Positions 16,126 through 26,515 of a stretch of DNA of 39,702 nt are shown in pieces. Within the stretch, counting starts at the first letter, position 1. Each line of letters starts with the position of its first letter. The stretch comes from a virus (taxonomy: Duplodnaviria > Caudoviricetes): IMG/VR virus record IMGVR_UViG_3300034523_000228, positions 1-39,702 of that record. One strand, written 5' to 3'. Position numbers and translations under genes: made by a program. Under the pieces are notes generated by a model. That model was not told the origin of the DNA and ran no database searches. It saw only the letters and a program-made list of their open reading frames with translations.

Positions 16126-16481
16126 GCCAGCATTTCACCGTCACCTGGAAGCAGGTCGCCGACATCATCGCGCGCCAGGTCGTGCCGTTTGCTGTGCCTG
16201 GCAGCCGCTTGCGCAAGGACATCGGGAATGTACAGGTCGGCGGACCGGTGATCATCAAGGAGGTCTCCGGCGAAGTACCTGCCGTGCTTCTGGCTTTCGA
16301 GATGGAGGGCGAGTACGGAGTAGAGCTGCAGGTCAAACTGCCTGAATTCGCTGCTGACCCTGCCGCCTATATCCGTGACCTACTGGAGAACTTGCGAGGC
16401 ATCCGCTACAGCGCCGACCGTCGCCGACTCGGTCGCCAGGCGGAGATCGCTGCTGTCTACGAGGGGCTTCCCAATGGCTGA
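16122..16481 (+). CDS. Hypothetical protein between TerL and portal
   Basis: Overlaps both neighbours. Confidence 0.7.
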   Translation: MSQHFTVTWKQVADIIARQVVPFAVPGSRLRKDIGNVQVGGPVIIKEVSGEVPAVLLAFEMEGEYGVELQVKLPEFAADPAAYIRDLLENLRGIRYSADRRRLGRQAEIAAVYEGLPNG

Positions 16482-18780
16482 GATGGGCCTGCTGCAATTC
16501 AAGAGTGCTGCCCAGCTCAAGGCTGAACAGGATGCGGCTGATGCTGAAACTGCGGCAGCCCGCCGCCGCGACCAGGTGGAAAGCAACCTGGCAGCCCATA
16601 TCCGAAAAGCCTTTGAGTCTGCGAAGACTGCCAAGCGGGAGATCGAGGGCCGGCTCCTCGACTGCGCGCGCCGGCAGAAAGGCGAATACGACGCCCAGAA
16701 ACTGGCCGCAATACGTGAATCGGGTGGGAGCGAGGTTTACCCGAAGCTGACGACCACCAAGTGTCGAGCTGGCGCTGCGTGGATTCGAGACATCCTGATG
16801 CCGGTCACTGGTCATCCCTGGGGCCTGGACCCAACGCCGATTTCCGACATCCCGGACGAGCTTCTTTCGCAGTTCGAGCAGGCGCTACAGCAGCGCATGG
16901 CTGCCGAGGCGCAGCAGGATGAACAGGGCCCGGGCCAGGGCGATCCTCAGTTGTTCAGCAGGGAGCAGATGAAGGCCAAGCTCCGTGAAATGATTCAGCA
17001 GAAGGCCAAGGAGGCATGCGAGGCGCACGAAGCCTTGATCGCCGACCAGCTTGCCGAGGGCGGTTGGGAGGAAGCGTTGGAGGACTTCGTCGATGACTTC
17101 GTCACCTACCCGGCCGCGATCCTGAAAGGCCCGATCCTTCAGAAGGTTACACGCTTAGGGTGGGGGCCTGACTGGCAGGTGGAAAAGGTCGAAGAAGTTC
17201 AGCCGATGTTCTTTCGGGTGTCGCCTTTCGACGTGTATCCATCCCCGGACTCTGCGGATGTCAACAGCGGCTCCTCGCTGATCGAACGGATCCGGTTCAC
17301 CCGGGCAGAACTCAACAAGTTCCGTGGTGTGCCGGGGTACAACGACCAGGCGCTCATGGAGGTCCTGCGCGAGCATGGCACCGGAGGTCTTCGTGAATGG
17401 CTGGCGACGGACGCCGAGCGTGCCAGGTTGGAGGATCGTCCTCATGAGTGGATGCTGGGAGGGGAGACCATCGAGGCGCTGCAGTACTGGGGAGGTGCTC
17501 AGGGCTTGATGCTGCTGCAATGGGGGGTAACGCCTGATCTGGTGCCGGACGCCCTGGCGGAGTACGAAATCGACGCAGTACTGATCGGTCGGCATGTGAT
17601 TCGCTGCGTGATCAACCGTAACCCGCTGGGCGGGCGCCCGTACAACAAGGCGTCATTCCAGAATGTCCCAGGCAGTTTCTGGGGGCGTAGCGTCCCCGAA
17701 CTGATGGAGGACGTTCAGGACATGTGCTGCGCAGCTGCGCGAGCGCAGGCCAACAACATGGCGTTCGCCAGCGGGCCTCAGGTCGAGGTCGACGAGGATC
17801 GCCTGCAGCCAGGTGAGAACCCTAACGAGATGTTCCCGCTGAAGCGCTGGCGCGTGAAGTCCGGGCAGACTCCGGGAGCGGGTGGCGGGGCGGTGGCCCC
17901 AGTGATTCGCTTCTACCAGCCGGCCAGCATGGCCGGCGAGCTGATGGGCGTATACGACGCCTGGGAGAAGCGAGCGGACGATGCCACGAACATCCCGCGC
18001 TACATCTACGGCAGCGAAAAGGTGGGCGGCGCAGGCAACACCGCATCCGGCTTGTCGATGCTGATGGAGTCGGCGAACAAGGGGATCAAGGACGCGATCC
18101 GCCACATCGACCGCGGCGTGGTTCGTCCTGTCGTCGGCGCGCTCTGGCTGCACAACATGCAGTATTCGGACGACGAGTCGATCAAGGGCGACTACAACGT
18201 GGTCGCGCGCGGGGCCAATGCCATGCTTCAGCGGGAGCAGACGCTGCAGGCCCGCCAGCAGTTCCTGGCCGGCACCAATAACCCGATCGACATGCAGATT
18301 ATCGGCATGGAGGGGCGCGCCAAGCTTCTGCGGAAGGTTGCGGAGAGCCTGGACATGCCGGACCTCATTCCGACGCCGGAGGAGCTGAAGGCGCGCACCG
18401 AGCAGCAGCAGAAGCAGCAGGCTGAACAGCAGGCGGCCGTCGCACAGGCAGAACAGCAGCAGGCCCAGGCCGAGACCCAGCGCACCCTCAGCCAGTCCAC
18501 CGAGAGCGAAGCCAAAGCCGCGAAGACGATGGCTGAGGCACAGCGCTTGGGCTTGGAGAACGGTGCCGCCGTAGCCCAGCTTGCACACGCAGGAGGTCAG
18601 ACCCTTGAAACTCTCGGAACGGCAACTGCAAGCCCTGGCGAACCTGGCCAGCAGCCCGGACTTCCAACTGGTGCTGGACCTGATTCGGACGGACCTGGCG
18701 GAGTCGCGCCAGGTGCTGGAGACGGCGGAGGTGCCGCTGCTACTCCACCGCAGCCAGGGGAGGGTGGCGGTCTGCTCTGA
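16474..18780 (+). CDS. Portal protein
   Basis: Size and position; RVSPFDVYP, SFWGRSVPE, TASGLSML; Q/A-rich C-terminal coiled coil as in podovirus portals. Confidence 0.85.
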   Translation: MAEMGLLQFKSAAQLKAEQDAADAETAAARRRDQVESNLAAHIRKAFESAKTAKREIEGRLLDCARRQKGEYDAQKLAAIRESGGSEVYPKLTTTKCRAGAAWIRDILMPVTGHPWGLDPTPISDIPDELLSQFEQALQQRMAAEAQQDEQGPGQGDPQLFSREQMKAKLREMIQQKAKEACEAHEALIADQLAEGGWEEALEDFVDDFVTYPAAILKGPILQKVTRLGWGPDWQVEKVEEVQPMFFRVSPFDVYPSPDSADVNSGSSLIERIRFTRAELNKFRGVPGYNDQALMEVLREHGTGGLREWLATDAERARLEDRPHEWMLGGETIEALQYWGGAQGLMLLQWGVTPDLVPDALAEYEIDAVLIGRHVIRCVINRNPLGGRPYNKASFQNVPGSFWGRSVPELMEDVQDMCCAAARAQANNMAFASGPQVEVDEDRLQPGENPNEMFPLKRWRVKSGQTPGAGGGAVAPVIRFYQPASMAGELMGVYDAWEKRADDATNIPRYIYGSEKVGGAGNTASGLSMLMESANKGIKDAIRHIDRGVVRPVVGALWLHNMQYSDDESIKGDYNVVARGANAMLQREQTLQARQQFLAGTNNPIDMQIIGMEGRAKLLRKVAESLDMPDLIPTPEELKARTEQQQKQQAEQQAAVAQAEQQQAQAETQRTLSQSTESEAKAAKTMAEAQRLGLENGAAVAQLAHAGGQTLETLGTATASPGEPGQQPGLPTGAGPDSDGPGGVAPGAGDGGGAAATPPQPGEGGGLL

Positions 18781-18838
18781 ACTGCTGGAGCAGTTCGACA
18801 ACGCCCGCGACAACCTCAACAGGGTCCGTAGGACCTGA
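18605..18838 (+). CDS. Small head-associated protein overlapping the portal 3' end
   Basis: AGGAGG then TTG at 18605; LHRSQGRVAVCSELLEQF, a common post-portal type. Confidence 0.65.
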   Translation: MKLSERQLQALANLASSPDFQLVLDLIRTDLAESRQVLETAEVPLLLHRSQGRVAVCSELLEQFDNARDNLNRVRRT

Positions 18839-19009
18839 CCCAGAACGGCCCGCCCAGCGCGGGCCTGTCTTTTTCCGCGTAGCCAGAGGAAAGCCGCCTC
18901 GCCAGGCGTTTTTTCTGTGGCTGCTCTCCAGTGGCCAGGCCAGCCGCTGGAACCCGCACCGCATCAAGAAGCCCGGACATGCCGGCTCTATCCCAAGGAG
19001 ACCCCCGTA

Positions 19010-20002
19010 ATGAGCAATCTGCCCCGTTCCGTTCAGGCGCAAATCGACGCTGCCGAAGCGATCCAACAGGACCTGATGAAGGCCGGCGAGACGCCCGCAC
19101 CCGAAGCGGATTCCGAGTCTGCAGTACCTGATGCCGCGCCGGCTGTCGATTCTGCGCCCGACAAAACGGTTGACCCTAACGCGCAACCCGCCGCACAGCC
19201 GAGTCCTGCGGCCTTGGAGCGCGAGAACGATGCCGCCTACTGGCAGCAGCGTTTCCGCGTCATTCAAGGCAAGTACGACGCTGAACTGCCGGCGCTGCGC
19301 AAGGAGATCAACCGCCTGACCGAGGCCCTTCAGCAAGCCCAGGCCGCCAAGCCGCAAGAGCCCACCCCGACCAACGACGTGCAGCGTGCTGCTGCCGACC
19401 TCACGGAAGAGGAACTGAAGAGCTACGGTCCGGAACTGGTATCGATCATCCGTCGCGTCGCTGCCGGCATGACCGCCGGCAACCCGACCGACCTGGCATC
19501 TGTCCAGAGCGAGGTAGCGAACCTGCGTGAAGCCACCAGCCAACTGGCCGCCGATCGCGTTCGCGAAGCGCAGGAACGGTTCTTCGAGGACCTGCGCCGC
19601 CTGGTACCGGACGTGCTGGAGGTGAACAGTTCGCAGGACTTCCACCTCTGGCTCAGCCAACTGGACCAGATCACCGGAAAGGTCCGCCAGCAGTTGCTCG
19701 AGGAAGCCCAGGAAGCGAACGACCCGCACCGCGTTGCGGCGATGTTCCAGGCATTCAAGAACACTCTGTCGCAGAAGTCCCCCGACCCTCAGCCCCGCCG
19801 GGAAATCCCGGCGGATCAAATTCAGCCAGCACCGAATCGCAGCACGGCAGCACCTGTACCGCAGGGCGAACGGTGGTGGACGAATTCAGAGATCAACCAG
19901 TTCTACAAGGACAAGGCCTTGGGCAAGGTCGACTCGGCGAAGGCGGCAGAAATCGAAAAATCCATCCAGGCGGCGGTGCAAGAGGGCCGTATCCGGCAAT
20001 AA
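19010..20002 (+). CDS. Capsid scaffolding protein
   Basis: AAGGAG RBS; acidic and coiled-coil; ends AVQEGRIRQ; precedes the capsid gene. Confidence 0.75.
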   Translation: MSNLPRSVQAQIDAAEAIQQDLMKAGETPAPEADSESAVPDAAPAVDSAPDKTVDPNAQPAAQPSPAALERENDAAYWQQRFRVIQGKYDAELPALRKEINRLTEALQQAQAAKPQEPTPTNDVQRAAADLTEEELKSYGPELVSIIRRVAAGMTAGNPTDLASVQSEVANLREATSQLAADRVREAQERFFEDLRRLVPDVLEVNSSQDFHLWLSQLDQITGKVRQQLLEEAQEANDPHRVAAMFQAFKNTLSQKSPDPQPRREIPADQIQPAPNRSTAAPVPQGERWWTNSEINQFYKDKALGKVDSAKAAEIEKSIQAAVQEGRIRQ

Positions 20003-20049
20003 GCCCCGCCTGGTAACGCCGCGAGGCGTAACCCATCAGGAGATCCAAC

Positions 20050-20988
20050 ATGTCCGGTCCAACTCGTGCTGCTGGCCATCCCGACTACAGCTCCACCGGA
20101 ACCGCCGGGTTCATTCCGGCGCTCTGGTCGGGCAAACTGGTCGAGAAACTCTATGCCGCCACCGTCTTCGGCGAGATCGCCAATACCGACTACGAAGGCG
20201 AGATCAAGAACCAGGGCGATACCGTCAACATTCGTACCGTCCCGTCCATCACCATCCGCGACTACAAGATCGGCGGTGGCCTGACCTACGAGAAGCCCAC
20301 CAGCGACAAGGTCCAACTGCAGATCGACCAGGCCAAGTACTTCGCATTCGAAGTTAACGATGTCGACGCCTACCAGGCTGATATCAAGCTCATGGACGAG
20401 TTCAGCACCGACGGTGGCGAGCAGATGAAGATCGCCATTGACTCGCAGTTGCTCGGCAAGCATTACGCCGATGCCGCTGCGGCGAACAGTGGCGATGCCG
20501 CCGGCGCCAAGTCTGGGAACATCAACCTGGGTAAGCCCGGCGTACCGGTCCAGATCACTAAGGAGAACATCCTGGACGTGATTGTGGACTGCGGAACGGT
20601 GCTCGATGAGCAGAACGTGCCGGAGCAGAACCGCTGGATCGTCCTGCCCGCCTGGATGAACGGCATGCTCAAGAAGTCCGATCTGCGCGATGCATCGATC
20701 ATGGGTGACTCGACCTCGGTGTTCCGCAACGGCAAGGTCGGGATGCTGGATCGCTTCACCGTCTACATCTCGAACAACCTCACGGCCGTGAACGATGCGA
20801 CCGCCGGCAAGAACGCCAACAACGTGATGTTCGGCCACAAGAAGGCGCTGACCTTCGCAAGCCAGATGACCCAGATGGAGACCCTGCCCAACCCGCAGGA
20901 CTTCGGGAAGCTGGTCCGGGGCCTGAACATCTACGGCTCGAAGTGCATCGACCCCAACGCGATCGGCAACCTGTACGCCAGCCGCTGA
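20050..20988 (+). CDS. Major capsid protein
   Basis: FIPALWSGKL...NTDYEGEIKNQGDTVNI; strong codon bias; followed by a terminator. Confidence 0.88.
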   Translation: MSGPTRAAGHPDYSSTGTAGFIPALWSGKLVEKLYAATVFGEIANTDYEGEIKNQGDTVNIRTVPSITIRDYKIGGGLTYEKPTSDKVQLQIDQAKYFAFEVNDVDAYQADIKLMDEFSTDGGEQMKIAIDSQLLGKHYADAAAANSGDAAGAKSGNINLGKPGVPVQITKENILDVIVDCGTVLDEQNVPEQNRWIVLPAWMNGMLKKSDLRDASIMGDSTSVFRNGKVGMLDRFTVYISNNLTAVNDATAGKNANNVMFGHKKALTFASQMTQMETLPNPQDFGKLVRGLNIYGSKCIDPNAIGNLYASR

Positions 20989-20995
20989 TCCGCTC

Positions 20996-21017
20996 GGCGC
21001 CCTTCGGGGCGCCTTTT
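20996..21017 (+). terminator. Terminator after the capsid gene
   Basis: GGCGCCC-TTCG-GGGCGCC-TTTT. Confidence 0.8.
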
Positions 21018-21032
21018 CCCGAGGAGACTCAG

Positions 21033-21629
21033 ATGGACAAGAAAGCGATTCTCGATCTGATCGAGCAGGCCAAGACGGCCGATAAAGACGCCCTGGTCGC
21101 GATGCTGAAGGACCTGGGGTTGCCGATCGACAACCGAAAGGGCGAGGAGAAGCTTCGCGGCGAGATACTCGCAGGTCTTGAGGCAGCCTTCGACAGCCTG
21201 CCCGGTGGTGGGGCTGAGGCTGCGAGTGCTGGCGTGGACAGCCAGGCGGCTCCGGATATTCAACCCCCCGAAGCGCAGGGTGGAGATGCCGGAGCCACCG
21301 AAAGCGGTCTTGATGAGGCCGCTGGTGGAGGCGCGAACAGTTCCACCCAGCCTGCTGCGGCACCGGCCGTAGCTACGGCGCCGTCCCACGTCGAAGGCGA
21401 CCAGGTGCGCATCAGCCAACAAACTGTGAGCGACGCGGCTGTCTCGGCGGCTAGCTTTGGCGGTGCCGGGACTCCCTTGCCATCACTTGATGAGGAGGAA
21501 GAGGAGGCACCGGAAGACGATGATCCGACCGTGGAGGAGAAGAATCGCCTGATACGCAACACCGTGACGGGCGTCACCTTCATCTGGACCCCGGAACTGG
21601 CGAAGCTCAACTACATGCGCGAGGTGTGA
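21033..21629 (+). CDS. Hypothetical protein, helical N-domain plus acidic low-complexity linker
   Basis: GAGGAG RBS, ATG at 21033. Confidence 0.7.
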   Translation: MDKKAILDLIEQAKTADKDALVAMLKDLGLPIDNRKGEEKLRGEILAGLEAAFDSLPGGGAEAASAGVDSQAAPDIQPPEAQGGDAGATESGLDEAAGGGANSSTQPAAAPAVATAPSHVEGDQVRISQQTVSDAAVSAASFGGAGTPLPSLDEEEEEAPEDDDPTVEEKNRLIRNTVTGVTFIWTPELAKLNYMREV

Positions 21630-21632
21630 AAA

Positions 21633-22328
21633 ATGGCTGTGACAACGGTAGGAAGCCTGATCTCGCGGGTGAAGTTGATCCTTCAGGAGGTGACCAGCAA
21701 CGGTACTCGCTGGGCGAACACCGAGCTGCTGGGCTGGCTCAATGAAGGCTATGCCGCTATTTGTAATGTCAAGCCCTACGCAAGCTCTGTCACAGCCGAA
21801 CTCACCTGCAAGGCCGGAACCCGGCAGACGATTCCTGCCAATGGTTTGCGCCTGCTCGAGGTTATCCGCAACACCGCCACCGGCACTGATGGGCTTAGCA
21901 TCACGCAGACCACGCGCGGTGCGATCGATTCGACTCGGCGTAGTTGGCATGGGGAGACTGCAGCGCTGGCGGTAGAACAGTTCGTTTTCAACGAGAGCCA
22001 GCCGAAGGAGTTCTACGTCTACCCGCCGGCGTTGGCTACCAGCAAGATCGAGATCGTCTACTCGGTCGTGCCGGAGGGGCATGCTGCATCGGAAGCGACC
22101 AACACCTCAACCGAAGTGATTCGGCTCGATGACTCCTATGCCCCGGTGCTGGTGGACTACATGCTCGCCAGGGCCTATGCCAAGGACGCCGAGCATGCGG
22201 CGAACCTCAATCGATCGACGATGCACTACCAGATGTTCCTCACGGCTCTGGGGTCGAAGGCGCAGATCGAGCAGTTTGAAGTTCCCCGTCCTGGGCTCGT
22301 GGCCTCGCAGCAGCAGGTAGCGCAATGA
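21633..22328 (+). CDS. Head-tail adaptor (DUF6682-like)
   Basis: RWANTELLGWLNEG, FYVYPP, LVDYMLARAYAKD. Confidence 0.75.
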   Translation: MAVTTVGSLISRVKLILQEVTSNGTRWANTELLGWLNEGYAAICNVKPYASSVTAELTCKAGTRQTIPANGLRLLEVIRNTATGTDGLSITQTTRGAIDSTRRSWHGETAALAVEQFVFNESQPKEFYVYPPALATSKIEIVYSVVPEGHAASEATNTSTEVIRLDDSYAPVLVDYMLARAYAKDAEHAANLNRSTMHYQMFLTALGSKAQIEQFEVPRPGLVASQQQVAQ

Positions 22329-22867
22329 ACCTCCAGCAACTGGCGGATCGCATCATCCCCGATGTGCCTGGTGCTGTCCTGGCCTCGGTACGTGATGCCA
22401 TTGGTTGGGCGCTCCGCGATCTGTGCATCGATGCCGGGGTCTGGACCGTTGACGTTCCGGTTGTTGTTGGTGAGCAGGTACTTACCGTGCCCAGCGGGGC
22501 TCTGCCGGTTCGTGTGCTGCACATTCGTACGGATGGGGCCCCGGCGCGCTGCGAGATGTTCCAGCCAACGCCAGAGAGACTGGTCGTTAGATCTGGCCCG
22601 GATGCCATGACTGCGACTGTCGTGGTGCAGCCGGAACTGCCGATCGTTGAGAGCGCCCTTCCCGGATGGCTGCTTGATCTCCATTTCGAGTGCCTGCAGA
22701 CCGGGGCGCGGTACTACTTGCGCCGTATGCCCAGCAAGCCATGGACGGACATGGATCTGGCGCTGATGGATCAGCGAGCTTTCCACGGGCTCTGCACCAA
22801 TGCTCGGTCGCTGACCTGGGCCGGACACCAGGCTGGCAGCATCAGGATGAGGACACCACGCGCATGA
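22325..22867 (+). CDS. Second adaptor or tail protein
   Basis: Coupled ORF; IIPDVPGA...LRDLC and RMPSKPWTD. Confidence 0.65.
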   Translation: MNLQQLADRIIPDVPGAVLASVRDAIGWALRDLCIDAGVWTVDVPVVVGEQVLTVPSGALPVRVLHIRTDGAPARCEMFQPTPERLVVRSGPDAMTATVVVQPELPIVESALPGWLLDLHFECLQTGARYYLRRMPSKPWTDMDLALMDQRAFHGLCTNARSLTWAGHQAGSIRMRTPRA

Positions 22868-24480
22868 CATCTATCGCTATTGCCAGCTTCCGCGGTGAGT
22901 TGCCTGCCCTGACTCCGCGCCTGTTGCAGCCAACAAATGCCCAGGTCGCCCGAAATGTGAACCTGCGGAAGGGGTCGCTGCAATCCGAGACCGGACCCGC
23001 TCCGGTAAGCGGTATCGGCGGCGTCGCCAACCCCTCATCGATCTACCGGTATCCGTTCGGTAACAACGGAGCAGGGTATTGGTTCGCGTGGGGGGCTGGC
23101 CAGGTCGTTGATGCCGCGAAGTCTCCGCTGGCTCGCGATGCGTGGTCGAGGGTGTACTGGACGGGAGATGGATTTCCGAAGTATGCGCCGATCGGCGTCG
23201 CAACACAGGGCGCAGGGCCTTACCCTTCTGCCTTCTACAGACTTGGCATCCCTGCACCCGCCAGTGCGCCGCTCGCGACCGAGGCGAACGGTAATGGGAC
23301 ACCACCGTCGACGCAGGTGAACGCCGTCTATGTCGTGACCTACGTTTCGGCCTACGGCGAGGAGGGTCCACCGAGCGCTGCCTCGAACATCATCACTAGG
23401 TGGGATGGTGCTGAAGATCAGCCAGTGGGCAAGGTCAACCTGCAGTTGCCACCAGCGCCGACGGGGCCGTACAACATCGTCACGAAGCGGCTGTACCGCT
23501 CAGAGGGGGGCGGCGAGTACTTGTATGTTGCCGATTTCCCTGTATCCCAGGCTTCCTGGGTTGACGAGGTGAACAGCGATGGGCTTGGTGTTCCATGCCC
23601 ATCAGTGAACTGGGATATGCCGGATGCCAACATGGTTGGCCTGGTCGAAATGCCAAACGGAATTTTCGCCGGCTATTTCGACAACACGCTATGTTTCTGC
23701 GAACCCTACTATCCGCACGCCTGGCCGGTGGACTACCAGATCAGTTTTCCCGACAAGATCGTTGGTATCGGCGTCACCTCGGCGGGACTTGTCGTCGCGA
23801 CCACTGGGCGACCGAGGCTCATCACCGGCACGACTCCTGCAGCAATGGCAGACTCCGCCCCTGATGCGGATCGCGTGTGCGTCGCGCGCCGTTCGGTTGT
23901 CGATATGGGCGAGTACGTCGTATATGCCTCGACCGAGGGGCTGGTGGCCGTTTCCGGCGGTGAGCCGCAGTTGATCACGGATGGCATCCTCACGCCGGAA
24001 CAGTGGCGCGCGCTCAACCCGTCGTCGATCCATGCCTGTCGCTACGAAGGCCGATATCTGGCCTTCTACGATGGCGGCTGCTTTGCCTTGGCGCCCGGTG
24101 AGGGGATCGAGTTCCTCGATGTCAGCGCTGCCGGCTCCTACTACGACATCGCTGCGGCAACGCTCTACCTCATCCAGGGCAGCTCTATTTCCGCGTGGCG
24201 CAAAGGCGCGCCGCTGAGCTACCGCTGGCGGTCCAAAGTGTTCGAGTTTCCTCCCGGCGCGGCCAACTTCAACACCGGCAAGGTCATCGCTGCCAGCTAT
24301 CCGGTCCAGTTCCGCGTTTATGCTGACGGCAGCCTGGTGCTGGATGCCGCCATTGCAGGCCCGCAGATGTTTCGGCTGCCTGCCGGTTACAGCGACGCCC
24401 GGGAGTGGCAGCTTGAGGCGGCGGGTACCGCGGAAGTCTTCTCCCTGCAGATTGCGAATACCCCATCTGAGTTGACCTGA
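22864..24480 (+). CDS. Tail nozzle or stabilisation protein
   Basis: FRGELPALTPRLL; YVVTYVSAYGEEGPPS; FCEPYYPHAWP; beta-rich. Confidence 0.7.
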   Translation: MTSIAIASFRGELPALTPRLLQPTNAQVARNVNLRKGSLQSETGPAPVSGIGGVANPSSIYRYPFGNNGAGYWFAWGAGQVVDAAKSPLARDAWSRVYWTGDGFPKYAPIGVATQGAGPYPSAFYRLGIPAPASAPLATEANGNGTPPSTQVNAVYVVTYVSAYGEEGPPSAASNIITRWDGAEDQPVGKVNLQLPPAPTGPYNIVTKRLYRSEGGGEYLYVADFPVSQASWVDEVNSDGLGVPCPSVNWDMPDANMVGLVEMPNGIFAGYFDNTLCFCEPYYPHAWPVDYQISFPDKIVGIGVTSAGLVVATTGRPRLITGTTPAAMADSAPDADRVCVARRSVVDMGEYVVYASTEGLVAVSGGEPQLITDGILTPEQWRALNPSSIHACRYEGRYLAFYDGGCFALAPGEGIEFLDVSAAGSYYDIAAATLYLIQGSSISAWRKGAPLSYRWRSKVFEFPPGAANFNTGKVIAASYPVQFRVYADGSLVLDAAIAGPQMFRLPAGYSDAREWQLEAAGTAEVFSLQIANTPSELT

Positions 24481-26243
24481 TGACCGTCAAACGCTCGAGC
24501 CTGCCGACCCCGGGTAGTCAGGTCCCGGCCCAGTTGCGTCCGTTTTTCTCCGCCCTGACCGAGATCATCGAGACAGGGGAGGGAAACCGAGGCGACCGGC
24601 TGGACAAGAAGGTGACCTACCGCGATCTGCTGGAGTCGGGCGCCTTTCAATTGCGGCCGGGCTGGCGCCCAGGTACTGGTGGTGGGCTGACCCCGAAGCC
24701 GGGGATTCCAGACCTGGCCATACCGCCGAAGCCGGTAGGTTTCGGTGCGGCTGGCGTCTTCGGCATGATCACGCTGACCTGGGACAACCCCTACAAGCTC
24801 TATCGCAACCACTCGCTGACGAACATCTACCGGAGCGAAGTCGACAACTTCGGCGAGGCCACGCTGATCAGCCGCGCCACGGGCATGATCTACAGCGACC
24901 CGATGCGACAGGATGCAGTCGACCCCAATGACCCGTCCAAGGCCATCGGTTACTACTACTGGATCACCTGGGTCTCGAACGCAGGTATCGAGGGGCCGCC
25001 GAACAGCCCCAATGGCACCTACGCTGAGTCGCTGCTCGACATCGAGTACATCATCGGCCTGATCACCAACGAGATAAACGAGGGGGAACTCGCCAAAGCC
25101 CTGGTCAAGGCGATGGACCTGGAGGGGTTGCAACAGCAGCTTGCGGCACTCGATGCTGCGGCAAAGGCTGCCAAGCTATTGACTTCGGCTGAGCGCTACC
25201 TGCGCGACGACGAGAACGTCAACATCCGCCGAGAAATCTCCGACCTCCGAGTGCAGACCGGCGACGACATCACGGCGGCCATTACCCAACTGCAGGAGGT
25301 GATCACCTCGGACCAGCAGGCGATCGCTCACCAGATCGACCTGATGCAGGCTAGCATCGGCCAGAACGCCGCAGACATCGTCTCGGAGCGCACCGCACGG
25401 ATCACGTTCACCGAGGTCGGCACTCGCGCGCTGACCAGCATGTCGTCACGTCTTGAAACGGCGGAGTCGGTGCTGACCCAGTTCACGGAAACCGTCTCCA
25501 CCGCCTTGGAAACCCAGGCGCGGAACATGGAGGCGCTGGTCTCGCGGATGGACACCACCGCGGCGCAGTACTTGGAGGACCAGCAGACCATCGCCAGCGA
25601 GTTCGAGGCGACGGCCAACGCAATCACTACGCTCCAGAGCAACGTGAACGATCAGTCGGCAGCCATCCAGCAGACGCTCTCGACCCACACGACCGCGCTG
25701 GAGGGGCTGGCGGCCCAGTACACGCTGCGTCTCGACGTGAACGGGCTGATCAGCGGGTTCGGTGCGTACAACGACGGCACCACGGCTGATTTCGCGGTGC
25801 TGGCGAATCGGTTCTGGATCGCGACACCTGGTGCGCAGGCAGCGAATTACCTGCATCCATTCATCGTCGAGAACGACAAGGTCTACATCAACACCCTGAT
25901 GGTCAAGGAGGCATCGATTCAGCAGGGGCAGATCGGTCCTATCAGCATCGGGAAACTGTATGCCAACGACGGGGTCACGCCGATCACCACTATCGGTGGG
26001 CAGATACGTGCCGAGGCTATCGATGTCGCCAACATCACAATCGGATTCGGCCAAGTCTACGGCCAACTCACCAGTTCCCAGGTCGGCGCCGGAGGCTTGC
26101 CGCGCTTCGTGATTGACCCCAACGGCGGGATCTTCATGAACGGCCTGGTTGGAGGAACCCGCATGGTCATGACCGATAGCTACCAGCGCTGGTATGACCC
26201 CGCAGGAACCCTTCGAATCGAGATCGGAGAGCTTCTGCTATGA
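24480..26243 (+). CDS. Tail tip/fibre protein with coiled coil and J-like (DUF1983-like) C-terminus
   Basis: FN3-like N part, long heptad region, AQYTLRLDVNG..GFG..FAVLANRF..PFIVENDKVYIN. Confidence 0.75.
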   Translation: MTVKRSSLPTPGSQVPAQLRPFFSALTEIIETGEGNRGDRLDKKVTYRDLLESGAFQLRPGWRPGTGGGLTPKPGIPDLAIPPKPVGFGAAGVFGMITLTWDNPYKLYRNHSLTNIYRSEVDNFGEATLISRATGMIYSDPMRQDAVDPNDPSKAIGYYYWITWVSNAGIEGPPNSPNGTYAESLLDIEYIIGLITNEINEGELAKALVKAMDLEGLQQQLAALDAAAKAAKLLTSAERYLRDDENVNIRREISDLRVQTGDDITAAITQLQEVITSDQQAIAHQIDLMQASIGQNAADIVSERTARITFTEVGTRALTSMSSRLETAESVLTQFTETVSTALETQARNMEALVSRMDTTAAQYLEDQQTIASEFEATANAITTLQSNVNDQSAAIQQTLSTHTTALEGLAAQYTLRLDVNGLISGFGAYNDGTTADFAVLANRFWIATPGAQAANYLHPFIVENDKVYINTLMVKEASIQQGQIGPISIGKLYANDGVTPITTIGGQIRAEAIDVANITIGFGQVYGQLTSSQVGAGGLPRFVIDPNGGIFMNGLVGGTRMVMTDSYQRWYDPAGTLRIEIGELLL

Positions 26244-26515
26244 CCTTCGTGATTCGCTGCTACGACAAGAACGGGCAGATTACCTTCGACAGCACGGTTC
26301 GGACCATCAGGAAGATGCTTGCGATCCGAACGCAGTCGAATGTCGCTGGAACGCTGGACTTGGCCCCCTATGCCGGTATGAAGCTTGATATCTGCCTCAT
26401 GCCGGCGGAGAACCCCGGGCTTTCTCCGGTTCCGTTGGTGGTGATCGAGGGGAATACGCTCCGTTGGTCTCAGGCGCCCGTGTCCTGTTTCTTGATGCTG
26501 GGTGTGTCGTCGTGA
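26240..26515 (+). CDS. Small tail-tip accessory protein
   Basis: ATGA coupled; IRCYDKNGQITFDS motif of J-associated proteins. Confidence 0.6.
   Translation: MTFVIRCYDKNGQITFDSTVRTIRKMLAIRTQSNVAGTLDLAPYAGMKLDICLMPAENPGLSPVPLVVIEGNTLRWSQAPVSCFLMLGVSS

Noticed and set aside
18400-18480. CAG-rich repeat
   Set aside because: It encodes the Gln/Ala coiled coil of the portal and is not an independent repeat element
17653-21363. Long minus-strand ORFs (388, 359 and 486 aa), and similar ones at 43..912 and 33763..34980
   Set aside because: Antisense shadows of GC3-biased genes, with no motifs or RBS
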